A stretch of 63,650 nt of DNA, counting the filler, from Atractiella rhizophila (taxonomy: Eukaryota), in NCBI GenBank assembly GCA_021432655.1. It is 5 parts of 4 records of this genome, joined end to end, with 100 filler letters (N's around TTAATTAATTAA, not from the genome) between each part and the next. Parts side by side here need not be neighbours in the genome. Positions count along the whole stretch, not along the records: positions 44,582 to 57,899 come from MU271252.1; positions 58,000 to 62,272 come from MU271252.1; positions 62,373 to 63,650 come from MU271303.1; 2 more parts are not named here. One strand, 5' to 3'. Positions 51,081 to 63,364 of this stretch are shown here, in pieces; the first letter of the stretch is position 1; every line of letters starts with the position of its first letter. The position numbers and the translations under genes were made by a program. The notes under the pieces are model-generated. The model did not search any database, was not told the origin of the DNA, and worked only from the letters and a program-made list of their open reading frames with translations.

Positions 51081-53840
51081 TTAGGTCCAATCCGCATCGT
51101 CACCTCTTCCCCATCCTCCCAATCCCTCCTCCTCAAACGCCTCCGTCGTCGTACCCCTCGAATTGAGCGCTTGCAACAGCTATCCCACACACCGTGTACG
51201 GTCATCATCCCGCTCCGCGAATCGAATGGAGAAGAAGGATGGGGGCAGAGGAAGAACTCACCTTCTGGATGAACGGTTCCCCAGACACCTTCTCCCTCTC
51301 CCTCTCCCTCAACCTCGCCTCCAACTCGATCTGGCCCGCCACCTTGCGCTCCAAAACATCCTTTAGAGCCATACCTTCCCCTTCTCCTCCGTATCCAGAA
51401 TCTGAATCGTCGTCTTGGAACACGATCCATGTCTTTCCGTCCGATTCTTCAATCGTCGCAGGGAGCGTGTTATCCTCGATCTGCTCTCCCATTGCTTCAA
51501 TAAACTATACGAAGGAAGAGGGGCAAAAGAAGACGTACCATCTGGCGCACCTCCTTCTCCGCAGCCTCGCTCCCTCCTAAAACGGCAGCCACTTCCTTCA
51601 ACTCCAACGTCGAATAAGTTCCCGCTAGCTGCTTCACCTTCCTAACCCTAAGCTCCCTATTGGCGATACCGAGGATGCCCAACAAGTTCTCCCTCTCCAA
51701 TACCTCCACGTCTTTGCTCCCCATCCAATCTGGGACTCCCTTCGCCATCCGATCGCAACATTCGCTCACCGTCCTGCACACCTTGTCCCTGCTCAACGCG
51801 CTCACTACTGGGCCGCCCACGCTCCTCGGTAGTTCCGTGATCACGAGCGGAGAACCGCGAGCGATGAGGGAGACGGGGAGCAGGTACTTGTATGCGTTGA
51901 TCTGAACAACTGATGCAGCCGGTTGCGGAGGAGGGGGTTGATTGGCAGCTTGGATGATAGGGGCCGACGGTGCGGTGGGGTGAGTGATGACCTATGCACT
52001 CGTTTCAGGAATGTGCGAATTGAAAAGTCAAGAGAGGACGTACACTTTCAAGTAACGCCAAGCTGTCATTCCACCTTTTCAAGACGGCGGCAATCACTCC
52101 GGCGTGAAAATGGAAGGTCAAGGAATGCAAGTACGTGATTGATGGAGTGAGGGAGAGCGAAATGTTGGTCGGGGCATGCTGAGGAGGAAGAAGAGAGAGG
52201 AAGGGCGTGTAACATCGACTTTGGAGGGACATTCGAGCAGCGAGCGCGTGGAAAGGGGTTAGATAGGTTGGGCTCGGTGGATAGCGCAGCGCGAGCGTGA
52301 CGACGAGGGGAAGTAGGATACTGGCTGGTGTGCGTAGTTTTTCGTACATGTGGTCAAAGATGTCGCATAGAGTATCGGCTGAGAAGAAATATCAGTAAAT
52401 TGCTTTCGAGTCTCGCGACATATTCTTAAATCATTCAACTCTTCCACTGAGTAGTAACCCTTAGAAATAGTCAACCTGAACATGAGGCATCAATAGACGC
52501 AGGGATGGATATGCTTTCGTTCAGATTACAGGCATGTCGTGGAATTGTGCAGAGCAACCTATCCACCGTTATTTCCCGAGTTCAAAAGAACTCAAGACAC
52601 AGGAAAGTCCGAAACATGTAGCACAGAGAAACTAGCGTCACCTAATTTTGATCTATCCCAAGTCCACGCTGAGGAAAAGCAGGTATTTGCTTACGACTTC
52701 TGATGAGAAGGGGAAGGTAGCAGCCCGTTTAAACACTGGTCACTCTACAGTGCAAAGAAGAGGTACTGTAAACAATGATGCTAGACGAGTAACAATCGTC
52801 CGATAATTGTCTTCGGCGTCCAGGAACAGATGTTTGGCACTCTGTCGACAGAATAAAGGAACAGAAATAACAAGCAATCAAGCATCGATGCGCTCGCTAG
52901 CGGTGGAACTAAGTGTGGAAGTACAAGAATCAGGTAAAGGAACGTTCTTGCATTCAGATCTGTGACGGGAAAGCATGTAGCAGCACCAGATGACAACGCA
53001 TTTTCCTAGTCATGCATGCTGAAACGTACTCGAGAAATCCGCCCCTAACATCAGGATCTTTCATCTATGTTCCATGGGAACGAAAGTTCTACGCCATATC
53101 TCAAAATAATGAAAGGGAAGGGAATGCAGTATGTGGGCGACATCTTATATCGTTTTGGATGGTTTTGCGGATTAGAATGCTTTCCGACCGTGTGTGAGTG
53201 GAAAGGTGTCACATCCACAGAATCTTATGTTGCAAATGACACCAGCCTCAATGTCAACGCTGTTTCGTGTGAGCAATGCCAATCCATTTAGACAAGCTCT
53301 CATCCATTTAACAGTAAAGAGAGTAACATTCCTTTCTTTGAGGAGAATTGAGGATCATTGTTCACTCCTTCTATCAAGATCAAGTCATAACGCGTCCGTG
53401 CGTAGTTTTGATACGATTTTTAACGCGTCAACGATGCTTCCCACTCTTTTAAAACATATACACGAAACATACACACACCACACAACCGTATCTACAAGCC
53501 AACCACACACCTCACCGTGCCCCCACCCCACAACCTCAAAAAGAAGAAACACACCCTGTCCCTCATCGCAAAACCTAACCTCATCACTTCCCGTCTCCAA
53601 ACTCCTCGTCCAAGCCGCGCACATCTCGATCCACTTATTCCAATCGACTCCTGTAGCCCTCGCCTTCGCGATCAGTATGCGGATCCAGGCGGCGGACGCC
53701 CATCCCGATGGCTGGTGGGTGGACGTGAAGGCATCCCCGTCTTGGACGTACGCGGTGTCGGGGAGTCGTTGGAGCGCTAGTTGGTACTCTTTGCTGGAGC
53801 GTGGCGTGGGGAGGAAGGTGGCGAGTGATGATAGTGACAT
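51081..53840 (-). CDS. CSN3: COP9 signalosome subunit 3 (PCI domain)
   Basis: RYPPSPTYLTPFH, FHFHAGVI, NAYKYLL and VKQLAGTYSTLELKEVA..QIEDNTLPATI. Exon 1 (53555-53840) joins in phase through intron 52379-53554. Confidence 0.75.
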
Positions 53841-53981
53841 GGTGTCTTGATATCGTATCTGGCTGGACGGACGGGAAGATGTGCGGGACGGGTAGTGACT
53901 CTTAGTTTGGAGTGAACTAGAGACAACAACTCGCTAGAAGACTGCTCGATATCGTGAACTGCACTGTGATAGAGATCAGAC

Positions 53982-55618
53982 ATGCAATATCACGCTTGTG
54001 CACGACCAGAACCTGGGAAGACATTGTTCTTTGTTTGTGACATTGTGAGCTCCTTTCTTGTTATTCTGTCATTTCGTCAATTCTGTCAATCGTATGCTTC
54101 CTTTGCTACTGTGTGGATTCAGATATTCTGTAGCCGATAGATTGCGAAGGAGAGGAACTGTTTCCCTTCTCGCAACTAGCGTGATCGATGCATGATCGAT
54201 GGATCGTCGTGAAGATGCAAACGTTAAGATAAAGTGAACTCCGCTTAAGTTATTGAAAATGCAATTTATTCTAAATCTCAAACGTGTATGCGCAAAACCC
54301 TTTCTGCGAAGCATTCCGCTGAAGACGGACCGTGAATTCTTGCCACAGGAGGGAGTTGAGCTCTCTGCATGGATTGCAGTTCCAGTATTCCTAGTTTTAT
54401 AAAATCTCTGCACTTAAATGGTGTGGTTATTTCACTGCTTCATCTTGTAGACACCTTCGCGGCACGCAACAACATGGACAGTCGCTGGATTATATATATT
54501 GAGAGCGTGGCTCAACATCTCTACTCTACTGTGGCATCTATGCTTCAAAAGCGCAGAATTACTTGCTTTCTGGCCAGGTAAAATGCTGCCATTTGGGTTC
54601 AAACGATCAACTTTTCTCATCCTCATAGTTCTTTCCTTTTTCTTGAACTTTACTCATGCTTATATTCTCTGAACAGCAAGAGCGATTCCGCCCAGCTATC
54701 CATGGCTTCCAACAGATCGTAAATACAGCAAACAAACTCGTCCGTCTCACATCTTCAACTTGTCGTCCTCCATCAATTGATTAATTTGACCATAGGTCAA
54801 GTTCGCGCACCTCCTCGACATCCCTCTCATCGTAACCGAACAAGCACCAAAATGTGCGTCCCTTCCGTCCGTTAACTTAGTGTTGACTCTCTTTCCCTAT
54901 CTCTTCGACCTGTAGCACTGGGAACGACGGTTGCTGAGATTGGAATTCCAGAAGAAGTGAGGAGGTACGACAAGACGAAATTCTCGATGCTTCTCGATCC
55001 AATCAAAGAGAGGATCGCTCAGCACCTAGGAGGAGAGGGAGGAAGCGTGGTGATCTTCGGGCTGGAGGCATGTTTTCCCCTCCCTTCCGTCTTCTCTCCA
55101 TTGGCCCACCTGACGAGGACTCATGAATGGACTTCGGATCGAAGGCCCACGTCTGCGTCCTGCAGACCGTCTTCGACCTCTTGAACTTCTACCAAGGCAA
55201 GATCCAAGTGCACGTCGTCGTCGACGGAGTGAGCAGTTGCAATAAAGAAGAAGTACCGATCGCACTCGACGTACGTCTCTCACCCCATCGCAAAAGCCAA
55301 AGCAAGGCCAAGTCAGATGGCTGATTCACGTCCCACATCCGTGTGTATGTTGTTATAGCGCATTCGACAGGCAGGAGCGTTCGTCACCTCGTCCGAATCG
55401 CTCATGTTTCAACTCATGGGTTCGTCCTCCCCTCCCTTTATTCGCTACTCGGACTCGACGCTGAATGCCATGTGACAGGGGATGCGTCCGATCCAAAGTT
55501 CAAGGCGTTCTCGGGACTGGTGAAAGAGAAGAAAGGGGAGACGAAGGACGCGCTCCAGGTTCTTCTATCTCCCGCCACTGTGGCAGGGAATGACGGGAAT
55601 GGGAGCGCGAAAATGTGA
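53982..55618 (+). CDS. Isochorismatase-like hydrolase (ISOC family)
   Basis: Spliced TLFFVCDI-QERFRPAI, VTEQAP..LGTTV, DKTKFSM, FGLEAHVCVLQT, VDGVSS, TSSESLMFQL and DASDPKFKAFS. Confidence 0.92.
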
Positions 55619-56130
55619 AGCCATGATCAAACTACATGAGACGGTTTCTTTGGTGGGCACGTGTAATCATGATGGGAGAAGGTGCTTGTATCATCGTCAT
55701 ATCAGAGATGTAATCACTGTATGGTATGCACAAAATATGAAGAGACGAGTAAAGGAGCTAATATGATGTAGCCAAAGAGCCAAAGACCAAGAACAGGACA
55801 GCATACTAAAAGGGAGAAAATCGAAGCGAGCTGATGGTACATTGAACAATTAATGTTCTCCATAAGCAAAGCACATGAAGCAAGGCATATGCAATAAATG
55901 ATGGGTGGAGGTGGCACATAACAATGAATGAATGGATGAAAACGGGACCTTCAGCCAATGAATGACGGCACACATGCAAGACAATCCAATTCACCAAACC
56001 ATGAAAAAAGTGTGCTCAGAAGGGACCACAAGTCAACAACATACCGACACCGACAAGGTAATGAGTCGAATCGACCGAGTACAGAACACGAAAAAACGAA
56101 ACTACACTTCATCCATCCATCCGAATCATA

Positions 56131-56625
56131 NNNNNNNNNNNNNNNNNNNNNNNNNNNNNNNNNNNNNNNNNNNNNNNNNNNNNNNNNNNNNNNNNNNNNN
56201 NNNNNNNNNNNNNNNNNNNNNNNNNNNNNNNNNNNNNNNNNNNNNNNNNNNNNNNNNNNNNNNNNNNNNNNNNNNNNNNNNNNNNNNNNNNNNNNNNNNN
56301 NNNNNNNNNNNNNNNNNNNNNNNNNNNNNNNNNNNNNNNNNNNNNNNNNNNNNNNNNNNNNNNNNNNNNNNNNNNNNNNNNNNNNNNNNNNNNNNNNNNN
56401 NNNNNNNNNNNNNNNNNNNNNNNNNNNNNNNNNNNNNNNNNNNNNNNNNNNNNNNNNNNNNNNNNNNNNNNNNNNNNNNNNNNNNNNNNNNNNNNNNNNN
56501 NNNNNNNNNNNNNNNNNNNNNNNNNNNNNNNNNNNNNNNNNNNNNNNNNNNNNNNNNNNNNNNNNNNNNNNNNNNNNNNNNNNNNNNNNNNNNNNNNNNN
56601 NNNNNNNNNNNNNNNNNNNNNNNNN
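56131..56625. other. Assembly gap (495 N)
   Basis: Run of Ns. Confidence 0.98.
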
Positions 56626-57899
56626 CGGCGGACGCCCATCCCGATGGCTGGTTGGTGGACGTGAACGCATCCCCGTCTTGGACGTACGCGGCTTCGGGGA
56701 TTCGTTGGAGCGCTAGTTGGTACTCTTTGCTGGAGCGTGGCGTGGGGAGGAAGGAGGTGAGTGATGATAGTGACATGGTGTCGTTGATGTCGTTATCTGC
56801 TGCTGGACGGACGGGAAGATGAGAGGGACGGATAGTGACGCTTAGTCTGGAGTGAACTAGAGACTCTTACCAGAAGACTGCACGGTATCGTGTACTGCAC
56901 TGTGATAGAGATCAGACATGCAATATCACGCTTGTGCGCGACCAGAGCCTGGGAAGACATTGTTCTTTGTTTGTGACATCGTGAGCTCCTTTCTTGTTAT
57001 TCTGTCATTTCAGTCCATCGTATATTTCCTTTGCTACATTCTGTGGATTCAGGTATTCTGTAGCAGATAGATTGCGAAGGAGAGAACTGTTTACCTTCTC
57101 GCAATTAGCACGATCGATGCATGATCGATGGATCGTCGTGAAGATGCAAACGATGAAGTGATGTCTCTTTATGAGGAAGGGTAGACGAAGCTTGAATTCT
57201 TGCCACAGAAGTGAATTGAGCTCTCTGGGTGGATTGCAGGTCCAATATTCCAAGTTTTATAATATATTTGCACTTAAGTGGTGTGATTATTTCACTGCTT
57301 CATCTTGTAGACAGCTTCCCCGGTACCCAACGACATGGACAATCGCCGGATCATTATATGTCGAGAGTGTGTCTTAACATCTCTACTCTACCGAGAGTGT
57401 GGAGCCTATTCTTCAGAATTACTTGCTTTCTGCCCAGGTAACGGCTGCCAGTTTGCCGTTTGGGCTAAAAATGTGAAGCAATCATTTCTTCACATCCTCA
57501 GGGTTCTTCTTTCTTGAATTTTACTCACGGTCGTATTCTCTGAACAGCAAGAGCGATTCCGACCAGCTATCCATGGCTTCCAACAGATCGTAAATACAGC
57601 CAACAAACTCGTCCGTCTCACATCTTCAAATTCTTTTCAACTCCTCAATTCGGTCGCCGTTGTTACAGGTCAAGTTCGCTCACCTCCTTGACATCCCTCT
57701 CATCGTAACCGAACAAGCACCAAAATGTGCGTCCTATTCTCCGCCCTAACCCACGGACCATCCGTACCAACATTCTCTGCCTGCTCGACATGTAGCACTT
57801 GGGACGACTGTCGCAGAAATTGGGATTCCAGGAGAAGTGAGGAGGTACGACAAGACGAAATTCTCGATGCTTCTCGATCCAATCAAAGAGCGGATCTCC
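56626..57899. repeat. Diverged second copy of 53690-55019 (CSN3 exon 1, shared promoter, isochorismatase 5' exons)
   Basis: Colinear match; exons differ mostly at synonymous sites while introns differ more; bounded by gaps on both sides. Confidence 0.93.
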
Positions 57900-57999
57900 N
57901 NNNNNNNNNNNNNNNNNNNNNNNNNNNNNNNNNNNNNNNNNNNTTAATTAATTAANNNNNNNNNNNNNNNNNNNNNNNNNNNNNNNNNNNNNNNNNNNN
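57900..57999. other. Assembly gap with artificial linker
   Basis: N block containing TTAATTAATTAA. Confidence 0.95.
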
Positions 58000-58680
58000 G
58001 TAGGTGGCATTCTAATGGGGCCTCTCTTTTATGATGCCTGCTAAATCGAGTCCACAACTTGTCAACCGGATCTGACATCGCACTCCGGCGCTTCTCCTTA
58101 CTTTTCTTTATTGATTTGAAGTCCTCTGCCTAAACTTCAGGCGCACGCACGTCAGAGAAACAATTTCGGTTGAGATTTGGGGTGATGGGAGTTATGAAAC
58201 GCGATGAAGAAGAAGAAAATGAAGGAAGGAAACGGCGGCATCAATATTTGTAACGAGTAATGACGCGATCTGTTGACGTTGGGCTGGTGGGTAGTTAGAG
58301 ATATCTACAAAACAATAAAGAACTACCCAGGGTAGAGCTAAGACATGTTAGCTTGCGTCCTTCGAAGTTTGAACATCAGACGGACCCAGTTGGGACCTGG
58401 CAAAGCCCACAAATTGAACTGTGTGTTGGTGCAACTGCCGAAAATGGATGAAGCAACAACGCAAGGGGCCTGTGCATGAAGTAGTCAGGGTCAAGAAAAC
58501 TATACCAAAGGGGTGACTGTTCGCTGACCTGTTTCAAATCATTTTGCAACCAGTCGAAGCCCTGTCCGCAGATGGCATCCGACCTGCAATGATGCTGATT
58601 AGAAAAAGTAACTTTGGTATTGAGGGAAGGAACAACTGCTGGGCGATGACGCTTGATACTAAAGCGAAAAGGAGGAACAT
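58000..58680 (-). CDS. Secreted Cys-containing protein of a basidiomycete-type family, partial (3' end unresolved)
   Basis: Spliced MFLLFALVSSVIAQQSDAICGQGFDWLQNDLKQAPCVVASSIFGSC...W-LYPGPT; signal peptide and a C-x4-W-x2-N-x3-Q-x-PC pattern. Confidence 0.6.
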
Positions 58681-59058
58681 GATTAGTCGGTGAAAAATGA
58701 ATTTTGTCGTGAAGCAAAGTTGAAGGAGAGATGCAGAGGTAGGAGGTGAAAGGGAAGCAGCGGTTAAGTAATGACTGGCATGAAACTAGGAAATGAACAT
58801 AATTTCCTGTTCGTCCTGCTGTCCAACACTCTGCAGCACAGGGAACTGAGCAAGACCGGTAGATATCGATAATAGCTCATGGCGTTCTGTTCGGCAGCCT
58901 ATTCAAGAGGAGATAAGACAGCCATGGTTGGAATTTCGAACGACGCCTTCAATCTGAAATGTGCGGGAAACCCAATCGATTTCAAATGTAAGGGATCCAT
59001 TGCATTGCCAAAAAAACATCGAATTCCACGTTTGTCCGAGCCCAGTTGTATAATATCG

Positions 59059-61406
59059 TTAGCAACCTCCCCTTTGGTTCTTGATATTGGCAGCGTTGGT
59101 CGGAATAACACCCTAACATCGTAGCTCAGACAGCTTGTTCACAAGAGAAGGACGACATGCCTTCAACACCGCCTGAGAGTAACTCCAGTCCAAATCAGTT
59201 TCAGTTTTATATGTCCAGAAGGTCCATCCAATTCCTTGTTCATAGGCGTAAGCCTGGTTGCCGATGAATTGTTTGTAGAAATTTATATTTGACAAGGCGA
59301 AATCCCCATTATGATTCGGTAACGCAAGAGAGAACTCCCCAACGAAAACGGGCTCTGGATTCTGGTAGAACAGGTTAGCAAGGTCGAGTAAAGAGAGACT
59401 TACTTCTTTGACGACGGAGTTCTGACAAGAATTTCTTAGCACGTCAGCAGCGCTCCTGACCACAGAAGTGGTGAGCATTTCTCCTTCGGACATTTCAACA
59501 CTGACCCTTGGTCACTGTAAGCAAAGTATCCTATCACCCATGATAGAGTCAAGTACTGCTCGTAGTCAAGGGAATACATACTGTGTGAGTCGTACATGAT
59601 ATGGTTGTAGTTGGGCAGATATGTAGAGGGATCACCACTCTGCCAATCAGCGCTCATGAAGCTATACCGGTATTGAGGCAAAAATCGTGTATAGCAATAA
59701 TGAGACCTACGCGATGTTCAAGCAGTCTGTGTAGGCAGCGCGCTTGTCTATATTCTTGACAAGACTGCGTTTGTAAGGAGCTGCAACCGTAGTGAGATTT
59801 ATACATGACTTGAAGAAAGGATATACTCCCAATGGCGGAACAGGTGCGACCGAGTTCTTGCTCCCTCGATCGAACAGTGTTAACGAAAGCTACCAGGTGT
59901 CACCTTAACCGACCACTGCAACAAAATGAACGCACTTGGGTAGTAGCTGGAGATCAACGCTTTGCATGTCAATTAGAGTAGGTCTTGTTGGGGAGAGATG
60001 CCTACGAACCATTGATAGAGTTGGCAGGAGCACCTTGCTATCTCTGGTTATGAGCATCTGCACAATTTTGACTGAGACACTCACATCAAGTCTCCAAGGC
60101 TCGTTGAGCGCTTCGATCGAGAAAACAGAAGCGAAATCTGGGTCTTGGACCGTTGCAGTAGTAATGTTCCATGCAAACAGCTTGGCTCTCCCAAAATTGT
60201 CCCTGGATATAGGCATGTCAGATTAGCTTCCTGGGCACGTCTCAAACCGGGAAGAAAGGTGAAGTGGACGTTATTTGGACGACGTATAAAATCCCGCTAA
60301 ATCGGCAGCTCGCTGGCGTGGTTGTAGTATGCAGAGAAGAAAGGCTCACTGATTATAGAATTGGACACCACTGGCGGGTACACTGTGTCCAGAAAATTGC
60401 TGTATTGCACATCAGATAAACTAGGTCAGCAAAGCATAGACCGACCTGGTTAGGGGTCGAAACACCTGGGGCAGCGTGCAAATCGATGATGGCGTAGCTT
60501 GACAGGAATGTTCAGTCTATAATGTCAACGGGCATAGCAGCGAAGGGCTCACATGCCAATGTCTGCGCACCATCTTAACAATCTCTTGAGGTAGAAATAT
60601 CCACCTCGCGCATAGGGGTCACTGGAAGCGCGAGCTCCATCCACGATCCAGTAGCCTACACTCACGATTCTCCCGTAAATAGAGACACCTAACCTGCAAA
60701 CGGGGGCAGCGTACCAACAGGGATGCGGACGGTGTTGAGACCCCAGTTCTTAATCTGTTGGATATCAGCTTGTGTAATCTGTTCCGCATCGTGAGTGGTT
60801 TGAAACCTGCAAGGAGGCAAGAGGCGCAAACCCAAGTGTCCCAGTGCGATATAAAACCAGCCTGAGCATTATTTTGCGTCATACATTGCCATTCGTCGTT
60901 CGTCCCCCCACATCCCTGACCAACTCACTTCAGTTCAGTCGCACTAAGGTTAGGAGGAGCGCAACGACTACCCCTCTGTGACTTGACGACGAGCTAAGTC
61001 CACTACTTCTAGGTCGCACGAATGAGCTTCCCAAGTTCATTCCTTGTCACTACTGTGCAAGACGCTCTGCATGTTCTTTTGTTTGGTGTCTCCTACGCGG
61101 TTATTCATTTTCGAGAACCATGTGAAACCGTCTCAGCCAATTCGCCCCTCTCTCCCAACTGCGCAACTGCACACTGGCACACGACGAACTTGTACACAAA
61201 TCAGCCACTCTTAGCACCCTATCCACAATTCGAAGGAAGGTCGAGTAGTGTCGTATATTTGATCCTTCGGAAGCTATTCATAAGATCCGCGAGAGCAGAA
61301 GCAGAAGGAACAAAGCGGAGGAAACGTCACGCTGACTCCCAATTGGTAGTACTAGTGGGAAAATAGGTAGTAAAGCAGCGAGGACCACGAAGCTCGACTT
61401 CGACAT
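59059..61406 (-). CDS. Glycoside hydrolase family 5 exo-beta-1,3-glucanase (EXG1-like); 5' end appears disrupted
   Basis: NLGS, HWDTWITQAD, GLNTVRIPVGYW, IIDLHAAPG, acid/base IEALNEP, YDSH, nucleophile VGEFS and GWTFWTYK. Confidence 0.88.
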
Positions 61407-62272
61407 TGCTTGCTCACACCCTTAGTTACATTCGAAAGTAGAAGTAGTGACTTTAACTAAACGAGTACGGTCGCAAGCGAAGAACTACGTCCATAATGGT
61501 GAACATTGCCTCCGTCACCATTCAATACGGGGACTTCGAGTATAGTAGAGGGACTCGTCAGCACCTAGCCTCCGCCGGGTATGTGAGGAGTGACATGTCT
61601 ACACGCAAGGGATGAGACCGTACAGTGAATTTAACTTACTTCCCTGTCTTGGAGGTACCTGTGGAGTGATCGCCTCAGACGTTCGTAACAACAAGGAGGT
61701 GAAAGTTTGTAGAAAACTACTTAGTGTGTATTATCTACCCTCGTGTGAGTGCTGCCGTCGGCCACGACATTGAAGGTACCTACTTATATCAACGTTCCGG
61801 TGAAAGTCCTTGTGCCGATGGCTAAGCTGGTGAATGACATTGAAAAGGAGAGAAGGAAGGTTTACAAGACTACACCTCCAAGGGTTCCATGCTCGCTGAA
61901 ACGCACCAACCATGTTATGTAGCGCTTGTGAACGCGGCCGGTCAGTCCTCCTGTCACGTTTCGCAGGTTGCCCTTCACCTCACAACTCCATTCTTTGTCA
62001 TTATTACGACCAGGTACCAGCTTACCATTAAACCGGAAAACAGAACGTGAACCATCTAACGAATATTACCCATCAGTTAAACGGAAAGCTGTTCTATTCT
62101 CCACATTTAGACACTCGGACGGGGACGAACGCGGACTAGGTCTGACTGGGTTTATCACCACCTACCGAGGATCAACTTGGGACCAATCGAGAAAGGATGG
62201 TTTCGGCATGCGACTCGATTTACAACTTATCCTACTACGGTCGTCTTACCAGAGCTTACCATAAGGTAAGGC

Positions 62273-62372
62273 NNNNNNNNNNNNNNNNNNNNNNNNNNNN
62301 NNNNNNNNNNNNNNNNTTAATTAATTAANNNNNNNNNNNNNNNNNNNNNNNNNNNNNNNNNNNNNNNNNNNN
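62273..62372. other. Assembly gap with artificial linker
   Basis: N block containing TTAATTAATTAA. Confidence 0.95.
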
Positions 62373-63200
62373 CAACAGATCAATACCCACGATGAAGGGA
62401 GATCGAAAAGGATGTTAGGAACTGACTGGCAAATCGGTTGTCTGTTCCGCTCCTTTGCTTCGTGGTTGTTTGAACAAAACAGACAGATGGGAAACTTGAA
62501 ACGCTGTCAACGGTATATTAACTTGATGTTGGTTTTCAGCGAGCGGAGCGCTGGCTATATATGTGTTTCGATGATCTGAGACCACCTATCGAATTGACTC
62601 ATTTGGTTTCGCACACTCGTTGGTTCACTGGGTTTTCCTTCAAGTATTCAGAGTCTAAACGAAGGGCATTCTTGATCTTCAAGTTGGGAGTATAAGTAAG
62701 GACAATTCTCGCCGCAGCGGGAAACCTCATCATCAGAACAATGTCAGACAGGTAAGTCTAAAGAGTCCGTAGCATTTACAGTAATACCCACTTTTTGCTC
62801 AGTCGACACGTCCAGTCCTGTGTCGCTGCAGCCAACCTACATCAAAGGGTACAAACTAAGCTATAGCAAGTTAGCCTAGAGGCTTGGAGTAACGACCAAA
62901 ACTGATCCGAAGGTTTTATCTGCCATGAAGTGACTGTCGACGATTGGATTGATCGAGACCAATATCTTTTCATCGGTGGAGGAACACACATTGACCCCAC
63001 GACGAATAAACCTCGCATCGCTACAGTTGTCGTCTTACGAAGATTATGACGAAGCCAAATTGAGAAATCGAGTAACACCCCATTTTGTTGTTGATGAGAA
63101 AGTGAAGAGATTTGTGAGAGCTGGACGCTCATTGTCCCTCAGCCCACATCGCATATCCTAGTCTCTCCCTGTCTTTCTTTCCTTCCTCCATGTTAGCCAC

Positions 63201-63223
63201 AGTCACGTGACTAGCACGTGACT
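63201..63223. promoter_or_regulatory. Tandem CACGTG E-boxes (AGTCACGTGACT palindrome plus CACGTGACT), candidate bHLH binding sites
   Basis: A perfect 12-bp palindrome at 63201-63212 and a second core at 63215-63220; function is inferred only. Confidence 0.35.
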
Positions 63224-63249
63224 GATGTGCTTTTGTTTGTCCCTCGGAC

Positions 63250-63364
63250 ACCTGGATCCCCAGCGGTTTTTCCACCATCTTACACTTCGCTGGGATCCAG
63301 GTACGTCTTTCCATTGCATTCCAAGAGCGGTTTTTCCACCATCTTACACTTCGCCAGGATCCAG
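63250..63364. repeat. 15-bp-stem hairpin overlapping a 39-nt direct repeat
   Basis: Stem 63250-63265/63288-63302 with one bulged C; 63262-63300 repeats at 63326-63364 with 2 mismatches. Confidence 0.85.

Noticed and set aside
54045..54676. TPP riboswitch in a long first intron
   Set aside because: The conserved CTGAGA and GATxxxGxTAATxC elements are not seen here or in the other long introns.
55951..56822. Long ORFs in the ORF track spanning 56131-56625
   Set aside because: They are artefacts of translating Ns.
62741..63161. Small spliced gene or pseudogene (ATG plus GTAAGT donor)
   Set aside because: No frame stays open after the intron and no motif is recognisable; support is insufficient.
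63262..63364. CRISPR-like repeat-spacer-repeat
   Set aside because: Only two units, a eukaryotic context and no cas genes.
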